Positions 1-12,964 of a DNA stretch of 64,000 nt are shown in pieces (the first letter of the stretch is position 1; every line of letters starts with the position of its first letter). Source of the DNA: Selaginella moellendorffii (Eukaryota; Plantae; Lycopodiophyta); NCBI RefSeq assembly GCF_000143415.4, contig NW_003314265.1:135199-199198 (forward strand), written 5' to 3'. A model generated the notes under the pieces. The model did not search any database and was not told where the DNA came from. It saw only the letters and a program-made list of their open reading frames with translations. The position numbers were made by a program, and so were the translations under genes.

Positions 1-1478
1 AAATGGCTGCACGCGTTGATCACCTCCACGAATGTGATATCGTCTGGCCTCTCGCCGTGCAGCCGCATTGAGTCGAACAGCGCGAGGGCCTCTTGCCCTA
101 GGCCGTTTCTCGAGTATGCTCCAATCATCGCGTTCCACGCCGCGAGATTCCTCTCAGGCATTCGCTCGAAAAGGGCTCTTGCGGCAGAAAGATCCCCGGA
201 CTCGGCATATGCGGAAGTTATTCCTGTCCATGCCGCGGAATCTGGGTCGGGGATGGAATCGAATACGGCACGTGCGCGGGAAAGATTCCCGGATTGCGCG
301 TGTGCGGTCATTAGCGCAAATGCGGCCAGAAAATGGTTTTGCGGCATTTTGTGGAACAGGGAGCTCGCGTCGCTCAGATACCCGTTCTGAGCATAAGACG
401 ATATCAACGCGTTCCACGACGCCACGTCGCGCTCGATCATGCGGTCGAAGAGAGCCCGGGCCTGGCACAAATTGCCGCTCGCCGCGTGGCCCTGGACGAC
501 AGCCGTCCACGTCACCACGTCGGCGGCCTGGGCCACGTGGGCGAAGAGGGCAAGAGCCACGTGGACGTTCCCGGCCTGGCCCTGCGCCGCGATCATCGCG
601 TTCCAGGAGACGAGGTCCCGCTGGGGAAGGCGATCGAAGACGACCTGTGATTGGTCGAGGTCGCGCGCGTCGATGTGGCACTGGAGGATCGTGTTCCAGG
701 AGATTATGCTGCGCTCCGCCATGGAGTCGAAGAGCTCGCGCGATTCGGCGCATTGCCCTAGCTGGGAATGCGCTGCGAGCATCGTGTTCCAGGAGAAGAG
801 ATTCCGGTAGGACATCCGATCGAAGAACCCTCTGGCGCGATCGATGCCACGGGACTGGCTGAAGCCCTGGATCATCGCCGTCCAGGTGATGACATTGCGC
901 TTGGGCATCTCGTCGAAGAGCGTTGTGGCCTGATCCAGATGCCCTTTCGCGGCAAATGCTGCGACCATTGCATTCCAGCAGGCGAGGTCTCGCTCGGGGA
1001 TTTTCCAGAAAAGCCCGGATGCCTCGCGGAGCTGAGAGTGGTCCGCGTAGATCACGATCATCACTGTCAAAGAGACTACTGTGTGCTGGGGCATCTGGTA
1101 GAAAATTTCTTGCGATTGGGCAAAATGCCCGCTCCTGGCAAATGCCGCAAGGATCGAGTTCCACGACACGGCGTTCCTCTCAGGCGACGAGTCGAACATT
1201 TTCTTGGTTTGGCACGTGAGATTGTTGTGAGCGTAGGCCGCGATCATCATGTTCCAGGAGAAAACATTGGGCTGCGGGATGGATTCGAAGGCCTTGCGCG
1301 CCTCGTCGACGCTCTTGCACCGCCCGTACATCTCCACCACCAGGTTGCGCAGCAGCGTGTCGCCGCCCACACGGCTGCGCAGGAGCCGCTCGTGAATCGC
1401 TCGCGCGTCGCTCAGGCTCTTGCAGCACTTGATCAGGCGCTCGAACGCATCGATCTCGCGCAGGAAGGGTCGTGGCAT
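1..1478 (-). CDS. PLS-class pentatricopeptide repeat protein, probably an organellar RNA-editing factor; 3' end lies outside the window
   Basis: Manual translation from ATG at 1478 (MPRPFLREIDAFERLIKCC...) gives an intronless array of ~31-35 aa PPR motifs (F..MP.R.V.SWNAMI.A....G), ending in RPDDITFVEVINACSH at the window edge. It is missing from the ORF track because there is no stop in the window. Confidence 0.93.
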   Translation of the reverse strand, partial: MPRPFLREIDAFERLIKCCKSLSDARAIHERLLRSRVGGDTLLRNLVVEMYGRCKSVDEARKAFESIPQPNVFSWNMMIAAYAHNNLTCQTKKMFDSSPERNAVSWNSILAAFARSGHFAQSQEIFYQMPQHTVVSLTVMIVIYADHSQLREASGLFWKIPERDLACWNAMVAAFAAKGHLDQATTLFDEMPKRNVITWTAMIQGFSQSRGIDRARGFFDRMSYRNLFSWNTMLAAHSQLGQCAESRELFDSMAERSIISWNTILQCHIDARDLDQSQVVFDRLPQRDLVSWNAMIAAQGQAGNVHVALALFAHVAQAADVVTWTAVVQGHAASGNLCQARALFDRMIERDVASWNALISSYAQNGYLSDASSLFHKMPQNHFLAAFALMTAHAQSGNLSRARAVFDSIPDPDSAAWTGITSAYAESGDLSAARALFERMPERNLAAWNAMIGAYSRNGLGQEALALFDSMRLHGERPDDITFVEVINACSH

Positions 1479-1703
1479 TCATCTCTGTATGGGTAAATGC
1501 GAGAGCTAGAGCTGCCCAAGAGGAAGGAGGTTTCGATCTGACACTCAGTGGATACAAACTGTGTGTGATGCTCATCCAGCAGTCACCACAAAGGCGATCA
1601 TCATCGTGTCAAGAATGCCGCAAACACTAAAACCCTACCCAAGAACCCTAGCATGTTTTACCATTTACCCAAGAGCCCTAGCATTTCCCCATTCGTTTTA
1701 TTC

Positions 1704-3310
1704 ATGAGAGTGGCGGCATCCAAGCTCAGGAAGAGCGGCATTGCGCAGCGCATTTCATCCGGTAAGGTGATCTACCTCTCGATCGACGCGGAGGCTCATA
1801 CGCATTGCAGTGAGTGACGATCTCGTGAAAATCCGTCAAGCCGAGAGGCGCAAGGTCGAGATTGTCACGGATCAATCTTTCGAGCTCCCAGGTGGGAAAT
1901 TTCTCCACATTTCGTCCGATCACAGCAAACACAAGGGCACGAAGTTCGCATTTCTCGGCACTTCTCTCTTCCCTGGAAGAACCGAACCGTGCCTTCTTGT
2001 AAAAAATGGTGAGTTTTTCTCTCTTTTTGTTTTCTTGGCTTTCGAGAACTTTCTTTTAGAAGGACGATGCTTCATTTTTAACTGCGGAGACAATGTGTAT
2101 CGCGAACTTCAGCGTGCCTCTTATCTCGAGAAGCAGTGCACGATTTTTATAACGAGCATGGACATCAACAATGTATCCAAAGAAGGTCTTTTCATTTTTT
2201 TCGTTCTAGCTCGAACCTTGACAAAGAAAATTTCCTCCCAAATGGAACTATCAGATCGTTGGACTCCCTGGTAAGAAGCTCTTTCTTTCTCTCGTTTTAT
2301 TCTTCTCACCGTTGCGATTTATCATCCTTCCAGGTCTTTTGTCGCCTGGAGTTTTACCTCCACCCGTGGTAATCTATGGGCCTCAAGGTCTGCGGCAGTA
2401 CATTAGAGCTACGCTACGAGCCTGCTTTGCTAGAGTTCCCACAAAGTATACCGTGCATGAACTCCTTTTAAACAATGTAAGGACCTTGTGTTGCAGTATG
2501 CTGATTTGTATATGGTTTTTTTTCTTTTCAGGACTTGAGAGTTGGAAATCAGCAATCTCAAGACTTGATGCACGAAGATGAGCTTTATGGAGACGATCTG
2601 CTGTGCTCTGGAAACGATTCATATCCACTGTAAGTCCTTTCGTTATTCGCGTCGTAATGAAGCCTTGTCTAACTCTGTGCAGCGTCGAAGATGACCACCA
2701 CAACGTGATATCCTGGTCTTTGTGCCAAAAGAAACAAAGCTGCGGTTTCATCTACAAGGAAACGGGAACGTAAGTTTTCTATTATGTTCCCAAACACAGT
2801 GGGTAGCAAACTAATGATGTCACTAGAAAGGATTGCAGTTCGGGAAACTCCATTGGTAAGCTCTACGCTAAGCGTCTTTCACTAAAGTTGAGAATTCTAC
2901 GTAGCTTTGGTGAGCCGGAAGAGCGAGAGAGTACCATGGTGCTTGAAAGCCAAAGACGTGGATGTTCTCGTTCATGAAATTGACAATACCATCCATGGAG
3001 CTCGTAAGTGTCCCACCCTCTAATCCAGAGCCTTGAAATAAGAGAACTTCTCATGTCAATCCAGAAATCGCTGGGGATCAAGCCAAGGCTATCAACGCCA
3101 AGTCCCTTGTGATGAGCGGCTGTTCAGTGAGTCTATTTTGTTGCAATGCAACTGTATGTTGACAAATTCTTGGCAGAGAACTGGAAGCCAGGAACTTGAA
3201 GCAGCTAAGTCGAGATTTGGAAAAGCAAGCGTAGCTCTAAGCATGGACCACGTTACCTTCACTTTGAATAACAATGGATGATCAAGCTATTATATGGTTT
3301 GGACACCTTA
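1704..3310 (+). CDS. tRNase Z(S)/ELAC1-like metallo-beta-lactamase-fold protein with degenerate metal-binding motifs; multi-exon, 3' end approximate
   Basis: Spliced reading gives FLGTS..., FIFNCGD, IFITSMDINN|IVGLP|GLL (16-nt microexon 2255-2270), IYGPQGLRQYI, YTVHELL and AKDVDVLVHEID. This is the motif order of RNase Z, but HxHxDH is replaced by SMDINN. Confidence 0.65.
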
Positions 3311-3759
3311 TAATCACTTTAGAAGCTTTCTAAGTATGTTCTAGCATATTTTCACCTTTATACTAAAGTTAAAAAACTCGTTTTATAAGAAAAAATCATC
3401 CCTGTCCAAGACAATGTATTGTATGAAAGCCTTTCCACCCACAAATGGATTATAAAGCCAAGTTTGAGAGCTTGGAGAGGGTGCTCTTGTTTTCTCTTAA
3501 ATATGACATTTTTTGGTTTGTCACAATCCTCTATAGCGAGCTTGCAATGGCCCATATATGTGTAACTAGATAACAATATTGCGTTGCATGGTATTAATTA
3601 AACCTTTTCCCAAAAATTCCTACTTTCCAATATTTTAGCATTTGTTAAGTGATACATAAAATTAAAACAGTTTCCTACTCTTTATCATCCCAATTATTTA
3701 AAGCTATTAATTTATTTTTCTTGTAACAAAACTAAAGAATACCATTCAAAATAAAAAAT

Positions 3760-4330
3760 TAATATTAGTATTCTATACTACATATATTCTAAAAGTAGTA
3801 AAAAACAACCACCCAAAATTTAATTTCTCAATGAAAACAAGAAAATGTAAAATAAATACATTAGTTATATGATTGAGCTTATGTGCCCATACAGGTTTAA
3901 AGACAATTATAAATCTCCTTCTAATATATATAAATATTAAAAAAATTAGTTTCACAAAGAAATATAATTATTTTAAAAATAAATAATTATAAAAAATAAT
4001 CATTAATAAAATATTGGTAATGAGATATTTGTAAAACTATTACCCTTTGCGAAAGAAGAGTGATCCCTCATTTGAAACTTGTTGCCCCTTTTTAGTTTTG
4101 TGATCCTTATCCATAATACAATACCGAGCTGTAACAGCGTATCCTTTTGCAAATAATGCACAAGTCCATTTAATCAACATAGGTAAGTAAACCATATTAT
4201 ACATTATTAAACCATTCATTATGAAAAACAAAATTTCATTAGAAAACTTAATTCACATAATTAATTAATTTATTAATTCTGACTTAACAATAACAATTTA
4301 TATTAAAAGTTTTGTCCTTATGTTTGTCCA
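3760..4330 (-). pseudogene. Decayed copy of the trypsin-like protease gene at 50880-52821
   Basis: ORF 4040-4231 reads CALFAKGYAVTARYCIMDKDHKTKKGQQVSNEG versus CALFAKGYAVTVRHCVTDE...HNTEGGQQVSNER in the intact gene. Flanks are AT-rich and full of stops; boundaries approximate. Confidence 0.8.
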
Positions 4331-5159
4331 AAACTTAAACTTATGAATTTGACTATCAAATTTAATTTCTAAATGTCCTATGATATTTAAATTATATAAT
4401 ATATCAGTTAGTTATGATTTAAATATTAAAAAAAATCTTTAATGTTCTCAATATAAGAAGAAATTAATTAAAAAATTTAAGTCCCCACTTCCTATTTAAA
4501 CTATAATAAGTTAGAGAAGTATTTATTTTGATATCAATTATTACTAAAACTACTGATTGTTATTTCGTTACTTAAATAAAGTCTTCTTCTTTATTCTAAA
4601 TTAGCAACAATGTCTCATACACAAAAATGAATTACTCCCACAAGATATCCCTAAAGTTTTATATTATGATCACTATCTATTAATAGAATGTTAAGCTTCT
4701 TCATTATTTAAATTTTATGTAAATCTCAAATATTTGGTAAATGTATAGAATTTTTTTATATTTAAAAATTTTATTTAGAAAAATATTTTAATCCATATCT
4801 TATTGAAAGAAATGTCATATTATTAATAATAAAATATGTAATAATAAAAGTCCATTAATACAAAAAATAACTTATCATTACCATAGGGATGTAAGAAAAT
4901 TATATTACTTAATAAGCAATACAAGAATGGATGAACCACATTCAATCCCAAATGAATAATTTATATATTATATATTACTATAATAAATGTATTAATTAAG
5001 TAAAGTAATACTTTTATATATTTAAATGTCTCTCAAATTACTCATTTTGGTTGTTTATAATCCACCACACTTCTCTCAATATATGGTGTGATTCCCTTAA
5101 ACCAACAAACACCATTCTAGTATGAAATTTTAAATTTTAAATTAAAACTTCTCAAAAAG

Positions 5160-5830
5160 TTATCCAATCCAATATTACTCAAACCTAAATATCAAATATC
5201 CCAATACCCTTAACCAATTCAAAGAAAAATGCACTTTTATTTATATGCCCTTTCCTTTTATATTTGAGCTCTTTTAAATAATCTTTTGAATCTTTCCTTT
5301 TGGTTATATTCACTCTTCTATATAAGTTAGGGGTTTTGGGTTAATTGTTATTCATATTTTTATATTCCATGCACTCACATAAAGGGTAATTTTGATTATC
5401 TTTGAGGAATGTTTGGATTTGAGATTTTTATTTATATCTAACTTTTGCATTCTTTAAGTTTGACTTTCGTTATAACTTTTTTAATCTCTTCCCTTTTGCT
5501 TTTTCTTTTTTATTCATCTTTATAGTAGAGTAGTAACCTCTTCCTCCTTAACTTTGGAGTAGTAATTAGTGTAGTTACTCAATGTTATATGGTTGTAGTT
5601 GAACAATTATGTAAGTACCTAAAAAGAACAACCCGAAAGACGATCCATAGGGTTCAAATATAAAGAGAAAGAGCCTATAAATAAGAGTGCATTCCCTTTT
5701 CCAATTGGTTAAGAGTTCTTAAAATATTTAAGATTAAGTATCCTTCGGTTTAAATAATACTAGGCTTTTTCAATTCGTTAAGGGTTTTTAAGTGTCTTTA
5801 GGTTTGAATAATGCTAAATTAGGTAGTCCA
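5160..5830. repeat. Diverged inverted repeat (arms ~5160-5272 and ~5650-5830) in the AT-rich tract
   Basis: The reverse complement of ~5211-5272 (ctcaaatataaaaggaaagggcatataaataaaagtgcatt...aattggtta) aligns with ~5652-5711 (ttcaaatataaagagaaagagcctataaataagagtgcatt...aattggtta). Confidence 0.6.
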
Positions 5831-6208
5831 AACTCTGGAGAGTACACTTGATATCAAAGGGTGTAAGCCACAAATTTTTCCTTTCTAATTTGCAAGTTAT
5901 CTTGTCTATCCGACCAACATTGCCTTGGGCTTAACTAAATTCTCTCGCGAAAGTTCTTGTCTATTGCATTAGCTCTTACTTAGTCCTACTTAGTTTTAGC
6001 TACTCACTGCACAAGCAACAGAGCATTAGCTATCCATCTACGGATTCCCAAATCTCTCACTATCCCCCTCCTTATATTAGATTGAACTTAAGTTTTGGCT
6101 ACATTCCCCATAAGCATAATCAGCCAAACATACTAAGCCTCCAAATTCCTAACATCTTTTAGTACAATAAGACTTGATCATGGGACCTTTTAAATCCCAA
6201 GCCTTCGA

Positions 6209-6460
6209 GGGACGTCGAGGGGAAACACCATGGCTTAATGCCCAGTATTTGTACCCCCACTTCCATCCCCAAAAGGAAGGCCCAAGCCCCTAGGTGTAAG
6301 CTCCTTGAATTTGAACTTCTCAGGTGCAACACTTGCTTCGGGACGTCGAGGGGAAACACCATAGCTTAACGCCCAATATTGGTACCCCCACTTCCATCCC
6401 CGACAGGAAGGCCCAAGCCCCTAGGTGTAAGCTCCTTGAATTTGAACTTCTCGGGACGTT
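6209..6460. repeat. Direct tandem duplication, ~113-131 bp unit
   Basis: gggacgtcgaggggaaacacca...tgaatttgaacttctc starts at 6209 and 6340, and gggacgt restarts at 6453. Confidence 0.9.
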
Positions 6461-8546
6461 ACCCAGCCTAGTACTATTTAAACCCAAGGACACTTAACCT
6501 CAAATATCCCCAGGAAGTTTAAATTCAAGAAGTTATAAATATCTAGAAGTTTAGTTTGTTTTAGTTGGGTTAGATAGGAAGTTAAATTCACTTTGTTCAT
6601 TTTCCACTTCAATTTCGAAGCATCATCTCCATTTAGACTCATTTGTGGTTATCCTCATTTTACTATTTATGTTCAGTAGCATTTCACTATCATATTTGTT
6701 CATACTCACTATATTGGGGTTTGATGTTCCCTTTAGACTCACTAAGCTTGTTTCACTTCACAATTAATATCATTTATCTTCACTCCAGTACCATATCCAA
6801 TTGTTGTCAGAAAAAAAAAAAGAGAAATTAAAAAAGGAAAATGTGCTCAAAGCTTGAGGACCTCTTGTTATAAAACACTTCAGCCACCACAAGATAAATA
6901 AATAACATATTTACATTGCTTAACCTCCTTAATACATAATTTAATACTTGAGATAGGAAAAATCAATAAAAAATTCCACACTTTCAAGGAATATATAAAA
7001 TCTTTAGCAATAACAGCAAAACAAAGGCTCTCAATGCCACTCACACTAGGGACATTCACTAAACCCAAAACTATAATAAAAATAACTTAGCCCTAAAAAT
7101 AAAAGAATATGAAGAACTAAAATTGATTAAGAATTTTGCCAATAAACTAAAACAAGATTCTTGGTTTTATGCACATGATCAACACCTAAATTAATATAAA
7201 AAGGACAACTTAACACCAAATTGAGAACAATAGTTACAAATGATCAACATATTAGGAGAAAGAAATGCTACAAATGAAGAAAAAACACTATAAATATGAG
7301 AAGGTGGCTCAAGTTTAAAATAAAAAGTATTAGGAAAAAATAAAAAGCAAAGAGAAAATATTAAATGGTAAATTAAACAATTGACACTTATTTCACAACA
7401 TTTCCAACTAATCACTAAAGTTATCCTTAAAATAATCAAATTCCTCAATGACAGAAATCTATAAACATTGTAGTCCTATATATTTAATCCTCAAACATTC
7501 TCCAAGAATCAAATTGTATCATCCATAACTCCCCAATCAATGTTATGGTCATGCTCCACATCAGTCAAAAATGGTAAAATACCAAAAATAAAAAACACCA
7601 TGTAATTACATCCTATGGAAATTAGAGATGGTAACAAATTAAAGATTTGGAGCATCATGCTATACAACACTAAAAATTTGATTTGAAAAGGGCATAGCTA
7701 CAGAAACAATGTTACTAGGTGACAATAATGATGCATCATCTATAGTCTTGAACAACACTCCTCAATCTACATTAACATAACATAACAAAAGAAAAGAATG
7801 GAATGAGGATCAAAAGAAGAATAGATTAGATAGCTATTTAATCTTGAATCTAGCAAAAAGTTCTAACAAATCTAAAGAAGAAAAAAGAATGATAAAATAA
7901 AAGTAAAACACATTGAGTAAAACATTGTCAAAAAGCTCTACCCTTTAAGAACAAATTACAGTGTTTCTCATGTCCATCAATGTTGATGCTTAAGATATAG
8001 CAATAGATATATTAATTAGGTATATAAAAATGGATGGACTAGATTCAGTCACAAATAGATATGCTATATTATTAGAATTAGTTTATTACCTAGGTAGGGT
8101 TATATGTATATATACACAGAGCTAAATTAATTTAATAAATATAAATGGATACAAATTAATATAGTTGGTTAAAAATTGTGGGGGATTTAGTAGAAGAGAA
8201 AATCTTTGCATTGAGACAAGCAAGTGCAATTCACGCCATGAAGAGCTGTTATTGGAGACAGCCGCAGCATTGAAGAGTGGCATATCCAACAAGATTTTAT
8301 CTACTACCTTATACATTTTCTGCCTTACACTGTTTGAGGAGAATTAGTAATCCAAGGATTGTTGCATTGCAACATTCATTCCAGGCAGCAGAAGCAATGG
8401 GAGAAGTATTTTTCTTGTCACCGAGGTTTCTACCTGTTGCTTCGAGCACATCTCTGAGGCTTTAGAAAAGCATTACGCGAATTTTGCTTAGCCTCCAAAC
8501 AGGCGGCAACATTAATTTTGAAATTTAGGGTTTATGAGCCCTAGCA

Positions 8547-11542
8547 ATGGAGGAAGAGTGGCGAGGCCGCCCTCGTCTTCGGTTGCGTGACCTGGAGCGC
8601 TTCACGGGTCCCTTCACAGTTGCCGCAGATCCAGGTAGTGATGCGCCCGCATTCGGAGTTTCCAAGCGCCAGAAGGTACAAGTAGAGGAATCTAGAGGGG
8701 GTCTGCTGCTGGCTTCAAGGGTTCCGTGGGTAATCGTAGGCAAGATCCAGCTCTGGAACGAGGGGTTTTGCTGCCACTCCTCGTCTGGGCATTCTGGCGA
8801 TAGCTTCGCCCTTGCAGATGATACAGGTGTGGGGTGTTGCTTGCTAAGGAACGTGGATCAGTGTCCTCTGGGTTCCAAAGTGGTGATCACGTCTTTCAAC
8901 TACATTCCCTCTATCCGAAAGCTCAAGCCTGAGAAAGCAAGGGAGGATTGTCTCTCCGTTTGTCTGGAGGTCCATGAGCTTCATGTCGTGCAAGATGGAT
9001 CGATACTTCAGGTTTTTCCACGGTTGTGTCTCAGTCCAGCGTCGGCCGACGTGAAGAATGAGATGCTGGAGACGCCACCTCTGAAACGAAGTGGTGGAAA
9101 GGCTCGGCTCACGCTGCGGGGATGCTTGCATTGTTTTAGCCCATCCTTCGCTCTTCCCTGCACAGGCTCAACGTTTTCCATGGCGAAGAGCTTGTTCGCT
9201 GGGGGTGAAAAGGGCGATGGACAGGTCCTTAAAGGCTTTCTTGTGGAGCTAAGGAACTGTAGTCATCAGCGTCTACGCTCGAAGAAAGATGCGGAAGAAG
9301 ATGGTCAGCTGGTTCGGGTTTTCTTCTCGGGGGCTTTGTCTGCCTGGCGTCCTGTTCTACTGGATTGCGTCGGCAGCTGGATTTGCATCACCGGTCTAAG
9401 AAAGAAAATGATCAGCGTTGGACCGAAAGACTTGCACCTGATTTTGGCGGCCACAAGGACTACTTTCGTCAGCCGAACACCGGATGAACTTGAGCGTCCG
9501 AGAAGCTTGCGGAGTGATCTGGTTCGGGACAAGAAAACTTTTGGCTCCTACGTTGGTGTAGTTACTGGGGTACAATTCGAAGGAAGGATGGTGGAGCTGG
9601 ATGAGAACGTTTGCTTGCTACTGACTCACCAGGAGCATACTTTTCTGCATGGTCTTCGCGTTGGAGCAACGGTAAAAACATTTCCGTTTCTTCTTTACGG
9701 TTTTTTCCTGACTATCCATGGCTTACAGATACTCGCTCTTAATGTACATATCGCTGCTGTAGGCTGGGGTTGGAGAAAGTACCTATTGCTGGGTGCTTGT
9801 TTTCGTTCTACTGTAAAAATTGTTTGTTTTTCTTCGTTAGATACAGTGTAAGTTCTTACGGTCCTTCTAAACTTTGTGTTATCTTCTCTATGTTCAGCAT
9901 TTCAGTGCCTGTGAGAACCGCGTGCCTAAGTAAATTTCAGCACTTATCTTTTACCGAGACATTTGGGTAAGCTTTCCGTTTCCATTCTCACGAAAAAAAA
10001 AATGCGAAGACTTTCTTGAGCAGGTTACTTCGAGCAGTTTTAGATTTGAGAAAGAAGCTGGGCAGTGGACCGGATGTTTTCGATTGCATTCAAACGACGT
10101 CGACGCGTGTTTCTCGGGTATGTACTAATGCAAAGGTCCATGAATTTTAGCTTCCACGTTCAGGATGGTTTGAAGGAGTTTATGTCTCACGAGCAATCTT
10201 GCTTCCTTGGACAAAGGGGAAATATTAAGTCGTCTTTGCAGGTTTCTCTCTTTCCATTTTGAAGCTTCAAACTCCAGGCATCCTGTATCGGCAGAGAATT
10301 CCACCCTTTTTGGAACTCAAAGAATATCTTCAGCAACTCTGGGAGGACTCTAGTTCATTTATCTGGCAGCAAAAACAGCACAGCAACCGTTTCAATCGTT
10401 GCATTATTTCCAGTGACGACTTGAATTTTGTTGTTTTGGGCCGCCTCGAGGTATGCATGCTTCATAAGTTTTGGAAAATAACAAGGCGCTGACAGGTCTC
10501 TAAAACCTCGGGGGCCCTTCAGTTTTTTGATGCGACGCACGAGATACATGTCGTAATTCCGGACCTCCATTGCTCATCGATGCTATATCAAGTTTACAAG
10601 GTTTTGCGCCTTTTATTCTTCTTTGTTCGTGAGTAGTCTTTCTTTCAGGTGTCCAAATTTGATTTAGTGATGGAAGGAACGCCTGGGAGCTGCCATTTTT
10701 ATTTTGTATTCAGCTCCAAAGATGCTTATCGCTGTTCAGCTTTGGGATGCGAAATACCGAAGTCCAGTCCACACTGGATTTCTAGCTTGCCTAACTTACC
10801 GCCGTCACCATCGTCTACAATAAGCTTTCGCGCGAGGGTAAGTTTTGTTTACATACAACATTGTTCATACACTGAAATGCGAGCTTGTACAGGTTGTTGC
10901 CGTATCAAAACTCGTGCTCGTCTGGAATAAATGGTTAGGCTACACTCCTGCCAAAAGTCTCGTGTCCAACATCAATGTCTCTTTTGGTTGTTTCGTCATT
11001 GGTAAGCGATTGCTCCACTTGTACCAACCTGTGCCTCCAAACTTTATATCCAGATGATGGCTCTGGCGTAACCGAGTGCTCGGCTCACGGAGTGCTTGCT
11101 GATCACCTCTTGGGACTGAAATTTGATCGGGACCAATGCGTTACAAGGCACACGAACGCCTTGTGTGCCATTCTTCGCAACTATGAGCGCATTGTCTACG
11201 AAAGAGACCAGAGGAAAGACTTCTCGCAAAGTTATCGAGTTCTAGGCGATGGAAGTACACCTCTAAGCGAGAGCGACCATGCGGTCATCGACATGTTTGC
11301 AACTAGAGCCTGTCATCGTCCTCCTATGGTAAATAATTTGTATACACTTCAAAGGCAGCTTGTATTGACGAGGAGCTTTTTCTTGCTACTTGCAGTCTCT
11401 GGTTTGCGAGATTTGTCCTAGAGAATTTGACAACAAAGCTCGCGTGCTTGTGAGATCAGTAGAAGAGATATCATACGTTAGAGAAGCTCACAATCTCAGC
11501 AAAGAGATCGAGCTTGCACTCAACAAAAACAAGGTTTTGTAG
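8547..11542 (+). CDS. CTC1: CST telomere complex subunit CTC1 (multi-exon)
   Basis: Blocks typical of plant CTC1: FALADDTGVGCC...GSKVVITSFNYIP, VFFSG..SAWRPVL...ITGLRKKM, GSYVGVVTGV...GRMVELDENVCLLLT...HGLRVGA. The last exon ends ...NKNKVL-TAG at 11540-11542. Telo-box (tagggttt) ~20 nt upstream of the ATG. Confidence 0.85.
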
Positions 11543-11548
11543 CTCGTG

Positions 11549-12964
11549 TTAATCTGTGTAGTTGTCTTCCGCTAGAGTCGCTTGGATGACAGTGTAGTGA
11601 TGGTTTAAGCTCGGTTGTCTGTGTAGGAAAAACTTCCCACCGAGAGCTCCATTGTCTGGATTTGAGGTTCTAAAGATGACCCTTCGAAATCTCTGATGCA
11701 CCATAGCCATTGCACACCTGAAGAAGAAAACAAGCTTAGCAAGCAGCAAACAAAGCTCACTTCACGAAAACAACCCTTACATTGCACAGGGCTCCCTCGT
11801 CAAGTATATGTCGAATCCCGTGCAGAGGTAAGGCCGAGAAGCCTCGACCGTGATAGAGGAGGACCTCGACTCGATGTGGATGCTCTCGGCAGCGCTGGCT
11901 TCGCAGCGTTGTCTCTTGACGGATAGCGTAGCTTCGTCGCATTCTTTATCGTCGGGAAACAAACGTCGATCCCTCTCGGACGCTTGCTCAATGGCGACCA
12001 TAGCTGCGTGCCGGAGAGGATGCCAGCCTCCACTGCAAGATGAACAATCCGTGCAAGATGGTGGAGTGGATTCATCATAGCCACTAGCAATTACCTGGCC
12101 GATGGATGGATCAACTATCACAGCACCATTTGAAAGCTGAGCCAAAATAAATAAATCAAAACACATATAAGTTCTTGGGAGGTTTGCATCAACCAAGGTA
12201 ACTTACCCGGCCATGGTCGATTGCCAGTGAAGCTTGATGCATCGCTCTCACCATGAATGCAGCTATCGTTCTCTCTTCGTCTTCGTTAAACTGGATTTTC
12301 GAAGGCCTTGCACTTCGAAGGAAAAACAAAGCTGAGATCACAGCTAGTGGTTTCGCTCACACTTACCTGTTGGGGTGGAACGTTGTCGGCCAGAGATTGC
12401 ATTGGGTAGCCCATTCTTCCCTGTCTGCAGCCGGATGCTTAGGAATCTACAAGGAGAAGTAAGTCACTAGAGTGAAGAACTGATAGAACGTCCTAAACTA
12501 CAGACCTTGGCAATGAAAGTTTCCAAGCTGTGCTTCTCAACCAGCTCGGCTACTTGCGATGGAATCGTGCTTGAATCATCGGTTCGTGTGCACAGAATGA
12601 TCGAAAGGGGACCTGCGTTTGAATCATCTTATACTACCTTCTAAGAAAATGGAGTCACGCACCTTCTGTATCGCGCTTCGATCGAATTCGTTTTATATGG
12701 CTCAAGTCAGTGAGAGGAAACACGACACTAAGCTCCCTAAAAAAAACAACGTAAGATTCTACCTTTCACGATGAGAAAAGAACAAAGAAAACACTCACTT
12801 TATAAGAACACTCGCAAGCTTTCCTTGAATGTGCGCAGCAAAAACATCCACTGCGTCGATATGTTCAGAGACCAAACAATCACACTCTGTCCCATACCTG
12901 TTGCCGATGAATCGACCTCCTCGTGGCCAGGAATGTGGACGATCGACCAGCGCTGTCGATCCAT
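11549..12964 (-). CDS. TAD3: tRNA-specific adenosine deaminase subunit TAD3/ADAT3 (multi-exon)
   Basis: HPLRHAAMVAI, YLCTGFDIYLTREPCAM|CAMAMVHQRFRRV and GALG...LHRQPSLNHHY. N-terminus MDRQRWSIVHIP from ATG 12964. Confidence 0.92.

Noticed and set aside
16-1575. Long overlapping ORFs on both strands (68-862, 154-1164, 768-1496, 1180-1575)
   Set aside because: Shadow frames of the GC-rich PPR gene; the real frame is absent from the track because it has no stop in the window.
6840-7950. Possible decayed retroelement coding sequence on the minus strand
   Set aside because: I could not recover RT, integrase or gag motifs; left unclassified.
11990-12030. TAD3 lacks the catalytic Glu (HAAM instead of HAE)
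   Set aside because: Normal for the non-catalytic TAD3/ADAT3 subunit.
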